A stretch of 64,000 nucleotides of DNA. Origin: Octopus bimaculoides (taxonomy: Eukaryota). Location: contig NC_068982.1 of assembly GCF_001194135.2 (NCBI RefSeq), positions 112,687,623-112,751,622 of the forward strand, written 5' to 3'. The notes under the pieces are model-generated. The model was not told where the DNA came from. It saw only the letters and a program-made list of their open reading frames with translations, and did not search any database. Below, piece after piece: positions 1 to 13,369 of this stretch; within the stretch, counting starts at the first letter, position 1; the number at the start of each line of letters is the position of its first letter. The translations under genes and the position numbers were made by a program.

Positions 1-2760
1 TTATTTTGCTTTAGGTTCATATGTTTGGTAAGTTGCTTATTGGGGGAGGGGGCAGTGGATCTATGTGAATGATAATTAGGTGTGGTGCCAATAGATTGGG
101 AAGTAGTTGTATAGGGTACGAAATAAAGGATGATAAGAGGTAAGTATGTGTTTGTACTATGTAATTTGAAAGATAGTTATGCCGAGTACATTTACTTTGG
201 TTTGTGGATGAATTTTATTATTGCTGAGAATTCAGTCGATTACATATAAATATGCCAAATTTAAGCTACATTTCTTTGCATAAAAGGTTGGTTTTGTTGT
301 GTTTTACAAACACAAAAGAATATTTGTAGAGAAATCTGTTGGTCAAACAGAACACATTGGACTAACCGAGACTATATTTCTATAAAGGAAACTATATTTC
401 CATAAAATATTGTTAGGTCATTTTAGTCTGTTTGTAGAATAGCAACGTATATTTATTCTATATTATTGTAGACAAATTCATACGCATAACTCCTTGGATT
501 AACAACATATCATGTAGAACGCATAAAGATGATAAAGTTTTCTATACGTATAGCCATCCATAACGCGTTGTATATGTATAAGCAATATAGAAGTATATAT
601 CCATATTCACGCTTAGATTTACATATGATTTTGCATCCACATATACGCCTACATTCATACACACTCACATACACACACGCACGCACCGACTCACACACAC
701 ATACATACAGACTCATATGTATACATATACGGGTTTTATATGCTGTTTGTAAACTAACATTTGATGCGTAGTTTGGATGTCGCTGTTGTTTTTGCTTTCA
801 GGTATTAATACTGTTTTCTCCTCCAGTAGCCATTCAGACGTTTATTCTGAGGTATTTTTAATACTTTTGTCACTGATTTGGCATTCGGCCAGAAAGTAGG
901 GACATTGTCAATCTTAAGGACTTTCTGTTGAACTGGTGACGTGTTATAGCCAACCGTGTTAACTATTTTTTTAAACAGTTCTCTTGTCTGATACATTCTT
1001 CAATTTTATTGTACTAAGTGTCTTTGGTCATTGCTCTCCACGACAGTCCTACTAATATACAAGAATTTCTCTTTGTAGTGGTTAGCCCTTCAGTGTTATG
1101 TATTATTTTCTGTTTCTTGTCTTTAAGATTTTTTGTTATTTGATTCAGGTATTTTGCTCTTCTGGAGATAGCTCTCACGTTTTCAAAGCGTTGTATTATA
1201 TATGTCACTGCTGCTATCATTTACGTAATTATACTACCACCGTGCATTGTTTTATTTATTGATATCATATATTTTTATTATTTGTGTGTAAGATGTTCCC
1301 TTTTATCATATTAAGCATATCTTCTGTTTCATTTCGTTAAGTAATGATAGATATTTATGTTCTTTTCAATCTTATTCGAAATATATTCTGATTTGATTTT
1401 GGGAGGTTTGAGTCTTTTAGTATCAAACATGATTACCTACGATATAACCATTGCTCCTGAATAGATTAAATCACTCATTCTCTTAATTTTCAAATATTCT
1501 GAATTGGATAACGGAATTTTATTCAGGGATGCCCTATGACTATTATTTCGTGTTGACCTTAACCAGTACGTGTCACTTGTTCCTTGTGCATTGATATTAG
1601 AATTCTCTCTTTTTCATCTATTCTTTTAATTGTCTCTGCTATATTCCCCTCGATACTAACTCTGGTATATTTGTTCTATGTAATGCTTGGTTGAAGGAAC
1701 TTTTTCTCGTTAGAAATTTGATGGATGTTTCCATTAGTACTGTATGAGCAAGATCATTATTTTTACGTTTTGGTCTCTATTTTCTATTAATTATTATAAT
1801 TCCATTTTCAGTAGTTCTACTTCTAACGATTGTTTTCACGAAGATATTGAGTGCATCTTTGCGTGTCTTAACCAATGCCAAGTTTTATATTCATTTTGCT
1901 TTCTAGCGACATCACTCTTAGGCAAAGTTTTGGCAGAGTTGATAGAGCATTGGCATGTAGGCCTCATGATATTTGCTCCGACTCTTTGCACTCTGAATTC
2001 AAATCACGCTGAGGTCAAGTTTGCTGTTCATGATTTTGGAATCGATACAAAAAAAAAAAAACAATCCAGAGTGGTCGAGTTTTCTCTGATACATTTTGGA
2101 ATATCCTCTCGATTTTGTCTTTAACATTTCGTTTTAACATTTCTTTTGTTTCTAAATCTTTACTCTCAGGGTAGTTAGTTTCTAGTTTGCGCGTTCTTCT
2201 ATTATATATGAAGCAAATATGTTTACTTAATATTCCTTTATCACACTAATCAACCACTCATTGGTTGTTGCTTCTAAGTGTATAGCTTGTCTCATTGTTA
2301 TCACTCTGTAGTATTCTTCTATCTGCATAAAACCGCATGTACCATGTATGGGAGATTGGTATACTCTATCCGCATTTGTCTTGAAGTGCCTGCTTTGCAA
2401 CACTTAATTGCTTTGTATGTGTTAAGGTGATGATTTTCTCTCTGGCTCTTCAGTTTACCTAAACAGCAGTGCATTTTATTAAAGTGGTAGTTTATAACTA
2501 AAGTGGAGAGTATATTTGCTCGTATTAAAATATTTCTAGCACTTTCTTCAGTTTTTAATATTAGTCCGACACTTTTTTGAGTATACTTAATTTTCTCTTT
2601 CGTTTATGGGTGCTGTTTCAATTGTTTCATCTAATACTGATTATATTTTTGAATGGATTTAATCTACATCTATTTAAGTGTAACTTAATACTATTACTTT
2701 TAGTTAGTTAGTTTTTCTCTTCATATAGTAGTTAATCCCACTCATTTTTATATCCAAACT
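1..2760 (-). mobile_element. Highly decayed L1/Tx1-like LINE ORF2 relic
   Basis: Manual minus-strand translation gives stop- and frameshift-riddled fragments resembling LINE ORF2 in the expected order: endonuclease-like 'HFNK..HC' and 'SHTWY...DRRIL' (~2320-2490), linker-like 'IQSAKSRSKYHE' (~1965-2000), and late-RT-like 'KVNVLGITI' (~175-200). The motif resemblance is from memory. Confidence 0.4.
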
Positions 2761-2877
2761 GAGATTATAAATAATTCTTACTAGGTTTCTCAACTGGAAA
2801 TTATCGCTGATGCCTAGTCTCATATCCGCTGAATACGGGAGATATTTTCGCGTAATAGATATTGTCTATACTGTATC

Positions 2878-2878
<1 letters not shown>

Positions 2879-2909
<31 letters not shown>

Positions 2910-2931
2910 CATAATAATAATAATAATAATG

Positions 2932-2989
<58 letters not shown>

Positions 2990-3003
2990 TAATAACGATA
3001 ATT
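2879..3003. repeat. (AAT)n microsatellite with occasional ATC/GAT variants
   Basis: Directly visible. Confidence 0.95.
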
Positions 3004-3862
3004 TATGCAGTTGTTTCCATGTTATCAGTAAATGAATGCATAGAAAATAAAGTAATTATTGTCACCTTGGTTAGTCTCAAATATAAACAAGAATAAAAAG
3101 ACTGAAACAAGTAAAAGAGATACATAGCAAAAAATATTTTCGATAGGAGTACACTTTTCAAAATTCTGAAAAACACACACACACACACACATACACACAC
3201 ACACAAACACACACACACAAACACACACACACACACGCACACAGATCTTTTATGCAATTAGTTATGTCTATATAAATGATACATTCAACTATTATGCAGT
3301 TAATAGTTGATGTATCTACAGACCATTACTTACTCCATCAAATATTTTCACACATTACCTTGCCACACAATAACTTTAAAATGTATTCTTAATTCTTATT
3401 ATATCTCCTTCATCTTTGCAGTTTTGCTTTAACGATTATTGAGTTAATTCCATTTTTCTAAAAGGGAAAGCGGCGATGATATATCACTATATGTTAAAAG
3501 TTAACAAAAAACAATTTACTAACATCTATAGTTATAAAACTGTGGTCAATACAGTAGTTAGTAGAACAATAATAAAAATTCTTAGGAACGAAATCAATCA
3601 AAGCAATCAAAACATCAATGGTTATTGATATTCAATTTGTGATCCAACATGTTTAAAGTAGGATGTTATCACAGATTGTACCTATAGCAGACTATTGATT
3701 TCTGCAAAGCACTTTCTTTTCTCTCAATAAATTCTTTAAAATCTATGAAATGTTTAAATTTTCGGATGCTATTACACCGTAATCAATTTATAAATTTAGG
3801 ATCGTTCTCAGATATGTTTGTTTCTGTATACTCCCACGATATGTTCGTACCATATATATATA

Positions 3863-3907
<45 letters not shown>

Positions 3908-4613
3908 NNNNNNNNNNNNNNNNNNNNNNNNNNNNNNNNNNNNNNNNNNNNNNNNNNNNNNNNNNNNNNNNNNNNNNNNNNNNNNNNNNNNNNNNNNNNN
4001 NNNNNNNNNNNNNNNNNNNNNNNNNNNNNNNNNNNNNNNNNNNNNNNNNNNNNNNNNNNNNNNNNNNNNNNNNNNNNNNNNNNNNNNNNNNNNNNNNNNN
4101 NNNNNNNNNNNNNNNNNNNNNNNNNNNNNNNNNNNNNNNNNNNNNNNNNNNNNNNNNNNNNNNNNNNNNNACATACATACATAAATATAAGATCCAGGGA
4201 TCGAGAAGTAGGAAAAAAATTAACTTCAAGCAATCTGCAGTAAATTTAGAAAACCACCTTCAGGGACCATAGTGGTTTATTGAAACGGAAGGTTGTGGAA
4301 TTTTTGATATCAAAGAACGTTAACCTGAAAAAAAGTTCGTTTTATATTCCACGGTAGGCGACCAGAGTTGCCAGGTGTGCGAATAAGAATGCAAGAATTA
4401 CAGAATCGAGTAGGTAAGATCTGGGCTACATATGTTTCATAGCGGGCAGAACTTTAGCAGTGGTAAAAATCATAGCGAGGTGTATTCCACCGGCTACTCT
4501 TCAGGCCAAGGATATCTTGATTAAGTTAAAGATTACTTTGGCACAAGGATGTAAACACACAGACACACGCGTACACACACAAGCACACACAAAAACATAT
4601 ACACATACATATT

Positions 4614-4726
4614 ACAGGCTTCTATCAGTTTCCGTTAACCAAATCCACGCACAATAGTTTGGTAGGCCCGATACGTTGAACCCGAGACTATGCGGTTGTG
4701 AAATAAGCTTCTTACTATGCAGCCAC

Positions 4727-4729
<3 letters not shown>
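4614..4729 (-). mobile_element. tRNA-derived SINE 5' part (octopus OR1/OR2-like)
   Basis: Reverse complement reads GGCGTGGCTGCATAGTAAGAAGCTT...GGGTTCAA...GGATTTGGTTAACGGAAACTGATAGAAGCCTG. It is homologous to the copies at 22944-23000 and 30945-31090 in this window. Confidence 0.75.
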
Positions 4730-4768
<39 letters not shown>

Positions 4769-4834
4769 CATACATACATACATACATACATACATACATA
4801 CACATATATGTGTGTGTGTATGTATTTATCTTTG

Positions 4835-5021
4835 TATCTGTGTTATTTGTTCCCCATCACCGCTTGACAACCGTTGGTGGTGTGTTTACGTCCATTTAGC
4901 GGTTCTGCAAATGACACCGATACAATAAGTACTGGGGTCGATTCATTCGGCCGGAAATAAAAATTCTTGAAGGTGGTGCCTCCGCATGGCTGTAGTCTGA
5001 TGACTGACACAAGTAAGAGAT
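4835..5021 (+). mobile_element. SINE 3' body and tail (octopus OR-like)
   Basis: CGCTTGACAACCG...GTGTTTACGTCC...ACTGGGGTCGATT...GCATGGCTGTAGTC..ATGACTGACACAAGTAAGAG. It matches the reverse complement of 30625-30830 and the tail at 13015-13066. Confidence 0.8.
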
Positions 5022-5050
5022 GAAACGGAAAAGATATGTGTGTATGTGTA

Positions 5051-5105
<55 letters not shown>

Positions 5106-5240
5106 TTTATTAAAAAGCAGCAAAAATATCACAAAAAAACTGTTACTCAGAGTTTTACGTTCCCGTGAAATATATTATAGAGGAAGTGATGATTAATAGC
5201 GACTGAAGTACGCTGAAAATCAGAAAGTAATCTTGATCTT

Positions 5241-5634
5241 CAACTTAATGTGGAGGTTGTGTGAGAACACGGAATACTGTATAATTTACCCTGAGAGGAT
5301 TTCTCATATGGGATCGTGGTGCATAAAAACTATTAATTATATTTTAATAATGCCATTAACTATTTGCGACACCAGTACGTGAACAGAAACTAATATCCTA
5401 TATATTGTTGACGAGAGAATCGGCTGTTATGACATGACCAGATATCTGCCTCTGAGGAGCTCAAAACAAAGCGACCTCACGTGAACTGATCGCTCTGGCA
5501 CCTGTAGCAGACAGTTCTCCCCTGTCAACGATATAAATAACTGTGCATTTATGTACCACGAGCCCATAGAAGAGGTTCTCTCAAGGTAAATAACATAGTA
5601 CTCTGTGTTGTAATACAACTTCTAGGTTAGGTTG
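5241..5634. repeat. Fold-back (MITE-like) element with ~100-bp imperfect inverted arms
   Basis: 5241-5340 (...GAACACGGAATACTGTATAATTTACCCTGAGAGGATTTCTCATATGGGATCGTGGTGCATAAA) aligns to the reverse complement of 5533-5634 (...CAACACAGAGTACTATGTTATTTACCTTGAGAGAACCTCTTCTATGGGCTCGTGGTACATAAA). Confidence 0.8.
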
Positions 5635-6925
5635 TAGATAAAGTTTAGCTTCTGAAACTTTTATTTCTTGCTTCTGAAAGGCATTTGTTTTCCTTACGTT
5701 TTGGCAATTAAATTAGTTTCGTAACCATACCATATGCAGAAATTATTAAAATACTTAAGTTATTTCAGTAATCTAAAATATTCATATATTCCACCTGTCG
5801 AACTTATTGAGAATGAACGATTAAACTAACAGCGTAGCGCTATTATATTATGAAGAATAAGAAAGTCATATTATTGCAAGCCATTAATTAGCATATATTT
5901 AATTCTCTTTCTTCATGTTCCTTGTCAAAAAAAGTTGGATGTCTTAGTACACTTGGACTTGCTTTGATTCAACAGTTATGTTTCCACATATCAGAATTAA
6001 TCTTAGATCTAAAAAAGAAAAAGAACAACAACCTAAGACATATGACACTCTGCATCTTCATTGTAATTGTGTGAAACTATTGAACATATAATTCATTAGC
6101 GTATTTTGTTCAACTTTATCAGATCACACTTGTGTATTTCAGTTTTAGCACTGACAGATGCGAAGTGTTAAATGACCACCAAATTACATTTCCGATTCAA
6201 GTGAACATCACATTATTTATATGTGTAAAGCTATACAACCCAAAGCTTAGGATGCTGGTTTCAAGGTCATGATGTCATAGTTTCGGTTTCTGGAATAGAA
6301 GACGCAATATGTCCTTGAATAATGTATTTCACGTCACATTGCTTCAGTCTACTCGGCTGAAAGTGAGGACCAGTCAAGTACAATTGCTACGCATTATCTC
6401 CACAGCTGTCACATTTTCGATATTTCGTTGATAAAGGATGAGGAGAACCGAAAAGACGTCTATGTCTGATTGAAACTACAAAAACATCTAAAACAATTAG
6501 TGATCGAATGATGCATGCTACCAGGCCATACTCTCTTGCAAATGACAACTATGACTGATATACATAGAAGTAGTGTGACATGGTCGGATTAGATTTACTA
6601 CAGTGCTTAGTTTTGTCCATCTACCTTCGGATACAAATACTGTTGTAGATGAGTGACTAAATATATCCTCTTCAGTCCTAACATTTTATAGGTTATTGAT
6701 GACATTTCAACGCATATCTTATATAGACACGGCAAAACACATGAAAAGGAATAGAATATTCTGTTAAGGATGGCTGCTATTCTAAAACTTCGCATGTTTC
6801 TTAACATTTTATGATAGTTTCTCTGAAGTAACTGCCTGCCTTGTCAGATGGCAGTTAATTTCAGTGCTTAAAAGCGTCCCGCATCTGCACTAGAAACTCT
6901 CATCTACACATTTTCATTTACTTAC

Positions 6926-6996
6926 TAATGCAAAATATCATTGATATGAATAATATGGCATCACTGAAGAACAGATATTTGAAATCGCATTGATGA
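6926..6996 (-). CDS. Candidate 71-nt internal exon (HQCDFKYLFFSDAILFISMIFCI)
   Basis: Acceptor TATAATTCTACAG, donor GTAAGT, one open frame (phase 2 to phase 1) with a hydrophobic peptide. It is not phase-linked to the other exons found, so it may be chance. Confidence 0.2.
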
Positions 6997-7843
6997 CTGT
7001 AGAATTATATAATTTTGCCTGATTATATCTGAAAACTGGATTGACCCTCCGCTGAAATCTGCATTACATGTGAAAGCCTGCACAAAACATGGTACTGCAT
7101 CGGAGTTGAGGCTCCAGTTCATAAGCTCAGAATTATTGGGTTACCTTTTAGTCACTATTGTTCCGAGGTTCCTTTGTTCAAAGTTGTAGTACGAGACAAA
7201 TGCACCATTAATGGAGTAAACAGCAGAAGATGGTACTGTGACAATGATTTACAGGACTTGGTAGACGGTTGGCCACCTAGACATGTGTCGTACTGGACGT
7301 CTGATGTATGAACAAACCCAAATACAAAGGGCCTACTTACTCTAAGGATTAAACAGAGTAAGTTCGGAAGATCAAGAATGTAGGATAGCAAGCTTCAAAT
7401 AAACTATCATCGGGAAACTGATGCTTCAACTTTTCCGAGAAAAATCAAGCATCTTCAAATATTCGCATGGAGGACCATGCGCACCGATGCCAGTAGACAT
7501 GGAACATAAAGAAAGAGAGAAAAGAAAGTGATTGTAGGTGAAAGAGTACGCCTTATTGAAACTGTAATGAATGTATAAACTAAGAGGTGAACGTCGTACA
7601 TGTAGTCCACAAGGTAGCCTCAACACAGTGAACCTACTTTAAAATTGCTACCTAATATACCTTAACTAACATTGTTTGTCTTGAAACATAATCTTATTTC
7701 AATGACACGTAGGATTACGTAATACTAAATATATTCCGCCTGCAAAAAATGCGATGCTCACGTTAGAAAAGCGTCGGATGAAAAAATCTAATTAATGAAT
7801 GGTAATTAAAACCAACACAGAAAACACATATTTCTATGTGTGT

Positions 7844-7910
<67 letters not shown>

Positions 7911-7972
7911 GGAGAGAGAAAGTCAGATAGGTAGATAAATAGATAGATAAATAAATACAATAAATGAGTGAA

Positions 7973-8095
7973 GGTGTGTAGCGTTTTTGTTAATAGTGTT
8001 CGACTCATTATCATAAGGTCATAGGTTCAATTCCTGAATCTAGTGGAACGCTACGTCCAGGAGCAAAGCACTTCATTTCACATTGATCTAAGCTG
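7973..8095 (+). mobile_element. tRNA-derived SINE head, second family
   Basis: GGTGTGTAGCG...TAGTGTTCGACTC...GGTCATAGGTTCAATTCC (A/B-box-like), then GTCCAGGAGCAAAGCACTTCATTTCACATTG. A more decayed relative lies at ~6260-6365. Confidence 0.6.
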
Positions 8096-9257
8096 TGTGT
8101 GTAATGAGGTGTTATACATAATTGATGCTCATCCATCAATCCTTCCATCCATTCTTCCAACCATCCATCCATTCATCCAACCATCCATCCATTCATCTAT
8201 CCATGTGTGTTTGTATATATTTAAAGGGAAATTTATGACAGTTACTTCACAGTTCCTGTTAAATAGCCATTATCAGACTGCATCATGGCACATAGACGAA
8301 ACTTCGAAGTAATTCTCAGCGTTTTCCTTGTCAAAAATATAACAAATACTCTGTTATCTACCAGTTTAATGTTTTACCGTTATGCAAATATATCAATAAT
8401 TATTGAACATTTTCACCACACCATTGATCTTACTGGAATGCAAATTTCTTAGTCTGTCTGTAAATTCTTAGAGCAATAACTGACCAAATTAGATTTAATA
8501 TTAACCGCTATGTCTCTTCAAATTTCTTTGAATGAAGTTATTAATTTATTTTGAAAGTTACAAATTTAGAACGTATGTAGCTACCTCAAAATAATACAAT
8601 CAAATAAATTACTTCAAGATACTCGTATCTTTGTAAACGAGCCAAAAGTATTTTAGAAAATAAATTTGATTTTCTACCTGGAAATTGTTATTGCCTTGAA
8701 TTTTACCCGATATCAAAGAAGTATTTAAGTTATACCTTTATGTATGTATCCGTGCGTATGCTTGTGGATCTGAGTGTCAATGTATGTGTTTGTATGCGTG
8801 TGTTTTGGAAAAATCTAAATTCAGTCATATAAAACAATTATGTTTAGAAAAAATTTGTTTACAAGTGCACGTAGTCCTTCGGTTGGGACGATACGATTAT
8901 ATTACTTTCATTACAATCTCATAGTCTTAGACATCATTATATGAGTTCATATATTGGACCACACAGGATCAGTTAGTTAGTATACTAACCTCCATTTAGC
9001 AGGTCTTTCGTGTTTCTACTGAGTTTCTTTACTAGTACAAAGTGGGGCAAATTTTTCAAATAAAATGCAGATTTGTTTAAAGCACGCTAACTAAATCAAT
9101 CGCTACATGACCTACGATGGAAGGCATATCAGTCGTGATCTTCTGCATTTTCCAGGGTCTTTTCATATAAGTGAAAGATATTTGGGCGCCTGTTCCCCAA
9201 GATAATCTACAGTGTAGGAGGATCCATCGTTGGTCACAGGAAAGACAAGCTGGGTAA

Positions 9258-9298
<41 letters not shown>

Positions 9299-9446
9299 AG
9301 AATTACCGAAAATTTCAAGGAGTTCCTGCCTTAAAAACAGGAACTAAACCACAGTTATTTTGTGTTCTTTGCTACATTGGTTTCTATTAACCCATTTATT
9401 CTATCAGAAGAATTTTTATTCATTAAGATAGAAGAGATACACATAA

Positions 9447-9524
<78 letters not shown>

Positions 9525-9998
9525 AAACTAGAAGTTTAAAATGTACTGCGTACAGATGAAATATTTAGATAATTAACTGCTTTGACAGTTTACACTGATT
9601 TTCAGAAATTTGAAATTTATGAGAGTATAGTCACTTGTGACTATACTCTTACAAATTTACAAACCCACGATTATGAATGAAACACCCTAACTACAAAGTT
9701 ACGCGCTTCCACACACACATAAACACACACAAATATACATACCTACATGCATACATGCATATATACATATACGTACATGCATATATTTACATTCTCTTCA
9801 CCTAACTTGAAAACTGCACGTCGGAATATCCACTTAGCTGGGTTGCGTTGCCTTCACATACGACAGGAATATTAAGTAGAATCACCCTACACGGAGTCTT
9901 GATATTCAATATTCAAATTTTATTGTTGGGTTGTGTGGATTATATCGAACTGGCAAGGTGCCACAATTTAAGTACCTAATTTTAATTATATTTATTTG

Positions 9999-10064
<66 letters not shown>

Positions 10065-10895
10065 TTAAAATGTGATAGTTTTGGTGAAGCAATGTGACGT
10101 ATGAGATGGAAGGAATTTCTTGGGAAAGCCGCATGTGAAGATGTGTTTGCTTCATAAGACCATCCCCAGAGAAGGACTTAACATACAGTTGGTACACAGC
10201 GGTCCATCCCTGAAGAAAGTTCTGTCGAAGAAGAATTCCACATAAACCACCCTTGGGTGCACACTCACCAAGTATGCCATCAACGACGTCAAAGCATGCT
10301 CGAGGGCTTATGTATAATACGAAGCAGTGTGCAATAAATGTGGAGCATCCTAAACAACGAAAAATATCACGTAAACATTCACTTCGAACAATAAGATGTC
10401 TTAAACTAACGCCAGTGTGCTGCTAAATTAAATATAAAAAGTTCTTCAAATAAGAATAGACTAGATCATGCTCGTTTAACATTTCCATGCTTATGGTAAA
10501 ATTTGAACGTAGCCTTAGACGTTTTGGTATCTGTAGGAATCTATGAACTTATCCCTGTATGACAATAGTTTTCTTTTATTTTTAATAGGTTAACTGGATT
10601 GCAAATATGAGGCAGAGCTGTCTTTGCACTGGATGCTGTTTAGTTTTGGGGAAACCAGCCATCAACATTTCGTTATTTTTTACCGTATCGAACTGATATC
10701 TAGAACACATAAGATGTGTAAGAAAAATCAATATAATCAATATTTTACAATTCCAACCTTATCGATGAATGTGAAAAGAATATCTTTTCCTCCTTAGAAA
10801 GGTAGCATATTTGCCTTTCATTGATATAAATCCGACTTGTCTGTCGCCTGAATCCTTTCCTTTCAGATGTAAAACACGCACGCACACGCACACAC

Positions 10896-10947
<52 letters not shown>

Positions 10948-11121
10948 ATACGGGTACACATATTCACGCATATCTTGTTGATTAGGTTCATTTCTTCTCT
11001 ATTTTGTTATTGCTTTCCTTTATTTAGCTCTTCTTAACTTTCACTGACTGAAAGGAACGCTGCACATCCATGCATTTTAGAGTTATAGATATAATCATAC
11101 GGATCGTACACACTCATGCAC

Positions 11122-11177
<56 letters not shown>

Positions 11178-11301
11178 GTACTTGCAATTATATACGTATA
11201 TGTGTGTATATATATGTGTATATAAATATATATATGTATGAATACTAATATATTGTGTGTGTGTGTGTGTGTGCGTGTGTGTGTGTATGTATATATATCA
11301 C

Positions 11302-11468
11302 CTCGTACGCGGAACTATCGAGAGATCTAAACCTACATATGAGAGGTCTCTCTTTCCGCGCATCCACATTAAATGAATATTGAAAAGCAAACTTGTTTGT
11401 TGCCAGCCAGTGAAGCATATCTCCTTCCACGGACGAACGATCAGATATGTGACAATGAGTAAAGATAA
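11302..11468 (-). CDS. Candidate 167-nt internal exon (IFTHCHISDRSSVEGDMLHWLATNKFAFQYSFNVDARKERPLICRFRSLDSSAYE)
   Basis: Open frame with complex protein-like composition and raised GC. Donor GAG|GTGATA is good and acceptor AAATCAG is modest; phase 1 to phase 0. It overlaps track ORF 11245..11430. Confidence 0.45.
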
Positions 11469-12074
11469 CTGATTTAAGCGGTTAATTATAACAGGTGAAT
11501 ACACAAGGGATATAATATCCGCGAATAAGCACACACATACAGTTATACAGATGCATTCATATTTGCATACCTTATCAGACACCAGCGCTTACATGAAAAA
11601 ATAAACGTATACACACCTAGGTGTAGACTTTCTGCTGCTGATATGGTCATATAGACTAACATATATAACTACAATCTCACATATGCACAAATTCACATAC
11701 AACAGAATCCTACATACAATCGAGCAATTGTACACTTGTAAGAGAAACACCAACCGATATGCATATCCTCATACTCTTTCATATAAATCAAGCAAATATA
11801 TATATATATATATATATANNNNNNNNNNNNNNNNNNNNNNNNNNNNNNNNNNNNNNNNNNNNNNNNNNNNNNNNNNNNNNNNNNNNNNNNNNNNNNNNNN
11901 NNNNNNNNNNNNNNNNNNNNNNNNNNNNNNNNNNNNNNNNNNNNNNNNNNNNNNNNNNNNNNNNNNNNNNNNNNNNNNNNNNNNNNNNNNNNNNNNNNNN
12001 NNNNNNNNNNNNNNNNNNNNNNNNNNNNNNNNNNNNNNNNNNNNNNNNNNNNNNNNNNNNNNNNNNNNNNNNNN

Positions 12075-12127
<53 letters not shown>

Positions 12128-12167
12128 CTATATATATATATATTTCAGGATGGTCATTCTTTCTCAT

Positions 12168-12478
12168 CAAATAATCACACGCACTATATATTCGTTCTTC
12201 ATTGTTTATTTTTATTTATCTTCTATCTATTTATTTATTTATCTTTATGTATCTTATGTCTATTGCCAGGAAATATTTCGTCATACATCTGTGGCCGCTT
12301 CAGTGTCTCTTTCCCTTCTGAATAGACTAAGCGGAGCAGGAGGTTACACGTAAATAGAAAGGGTCGCTGAAGAGATCACATATGTATGAGGAAAGACTTC
12401 CAGGCAATGGATAAAAGATGAAATAAGAACAATAATAAACGTTTGAAGAACGAATATATAGTGCGTGGGTTTATTTTG
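12168..12478. repeat. Fold-back (MITE-like) element, arms 12168-12303 and 12367-12478
   Basis: CACGCACTATATATTCGTTCTTCA...ATTGCCAGGAAATATTTCGTCATACATCTGTGGCCGCTTCAG matches the reverse complement of the right arm: CACGCACTATATATTCGTTCTTCA...ATTGCCTGGAAGTCTTTCCTCATACATATGTGATCTCTTCAG. Confidence 0.85.
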
Positions 12479-12593
12479 TAATAGTGGTGGTGGGGGATGA
12501 AAATCATGAAATATAATAATATGTTTCAACGCACAGTTTCACATCAGGAAACTTGCAACACAAATTCATAAACGTATACACACGCGCGTACAT

Positions 12594-12662
<69 letters not shown>

Positions 12663-12764
12663 CACACACACACTCACGCACACACATACACGCACACACT
12701 TGCACACACACATGTGTATATATGTATGTATTATTTATAAAATGACACAGGTATGAAAACTTAC

Positions 12765-12812
12765 ATGCAAGAATTCCAGTTTCTGTGTGAAATATTCAAT
12801 GATCGATGCATG
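12765..12812 (-). CDS. Candidate 48-nt micro-exon (HASIIEYFTQKLEFLH)
   Basis: Donor CAT|GTAAGT and acceptor TTCATAG; phase 0 to phase 0, compatible with the 47-nt candidate at 16763-16717. Confidence 0.3.
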
Positions 12813-12973
12813 CTATGAACTTCTGCAAGTTTAGTGCACATTAGCAACGTAATTAAAACACAATTATAGTGTTAATGTGCATAACCTGATCTTTCAAACA
12901 TGCATCATTTAATAAATTCAGTCCTATATTCCCAAAGATATTGAGGTCTACAACTTTTGTAATCATACGTGGT

Positions 12974-13013
<40 letters not shown>

Positions 13014-13014
13014 A

Positions 13015-13066
13015 AGACGGTGCTCCAGTATGGCCGCAGTCAAATGACTGAAACAAGTAAAAGAAT
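13015..13066 (+). mobile_element. SINE 3' tail fragment next to a gap
   Basis: GACGGTGCTCCAGTATGGCCGCAGTCAAATGACTGAAACAAGTAAAAGAAT, the same tail as the reverse complement of 30625-30680. Confidence 0.8.
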
Positions 13067-13369
13067 NNNNNNNNNNNNNNNNNNNNNNNNNNNNNNNNNN
13101 NNNNNNNNNNNNNNNNNNNNNNNNNNNNNNNNNNNNNNNNNNNNNNNNNNNNNNNNNNNNNNNNNNNNNNNNNNNNNNNNNNNNNNNNNNNNNNNNNNNN
13201 NNNNNNNNNNNNNNNNNNNNNNNNNNNNNNNNNNNNNNNNNNNNNNNNNNNNNNNNNNNNNNNNNNNNNNNNNNNNNNNNNNNNNNNNNNNNNNNNNNNN
13301 NNNNNNNNNNNNNNNNNTATATATATATATATATATATGCATATGTCTGTGCATGTGTTCATGGTAAGG

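Noticed and set aside
1744-2124. Plus-strand 126-aa ORF with a signal-peptide-like start
   Set aside because: It lies antisense to the LINE-like relic, and its hydrophobicity comes from T-richness.
7973-8045. tRNA-like A/B-box sequence
   Set aside because: It cannot be folded into a full cloverleaf and continues into a SINE body, so it is called a SINE head rather than a tRNA gene.
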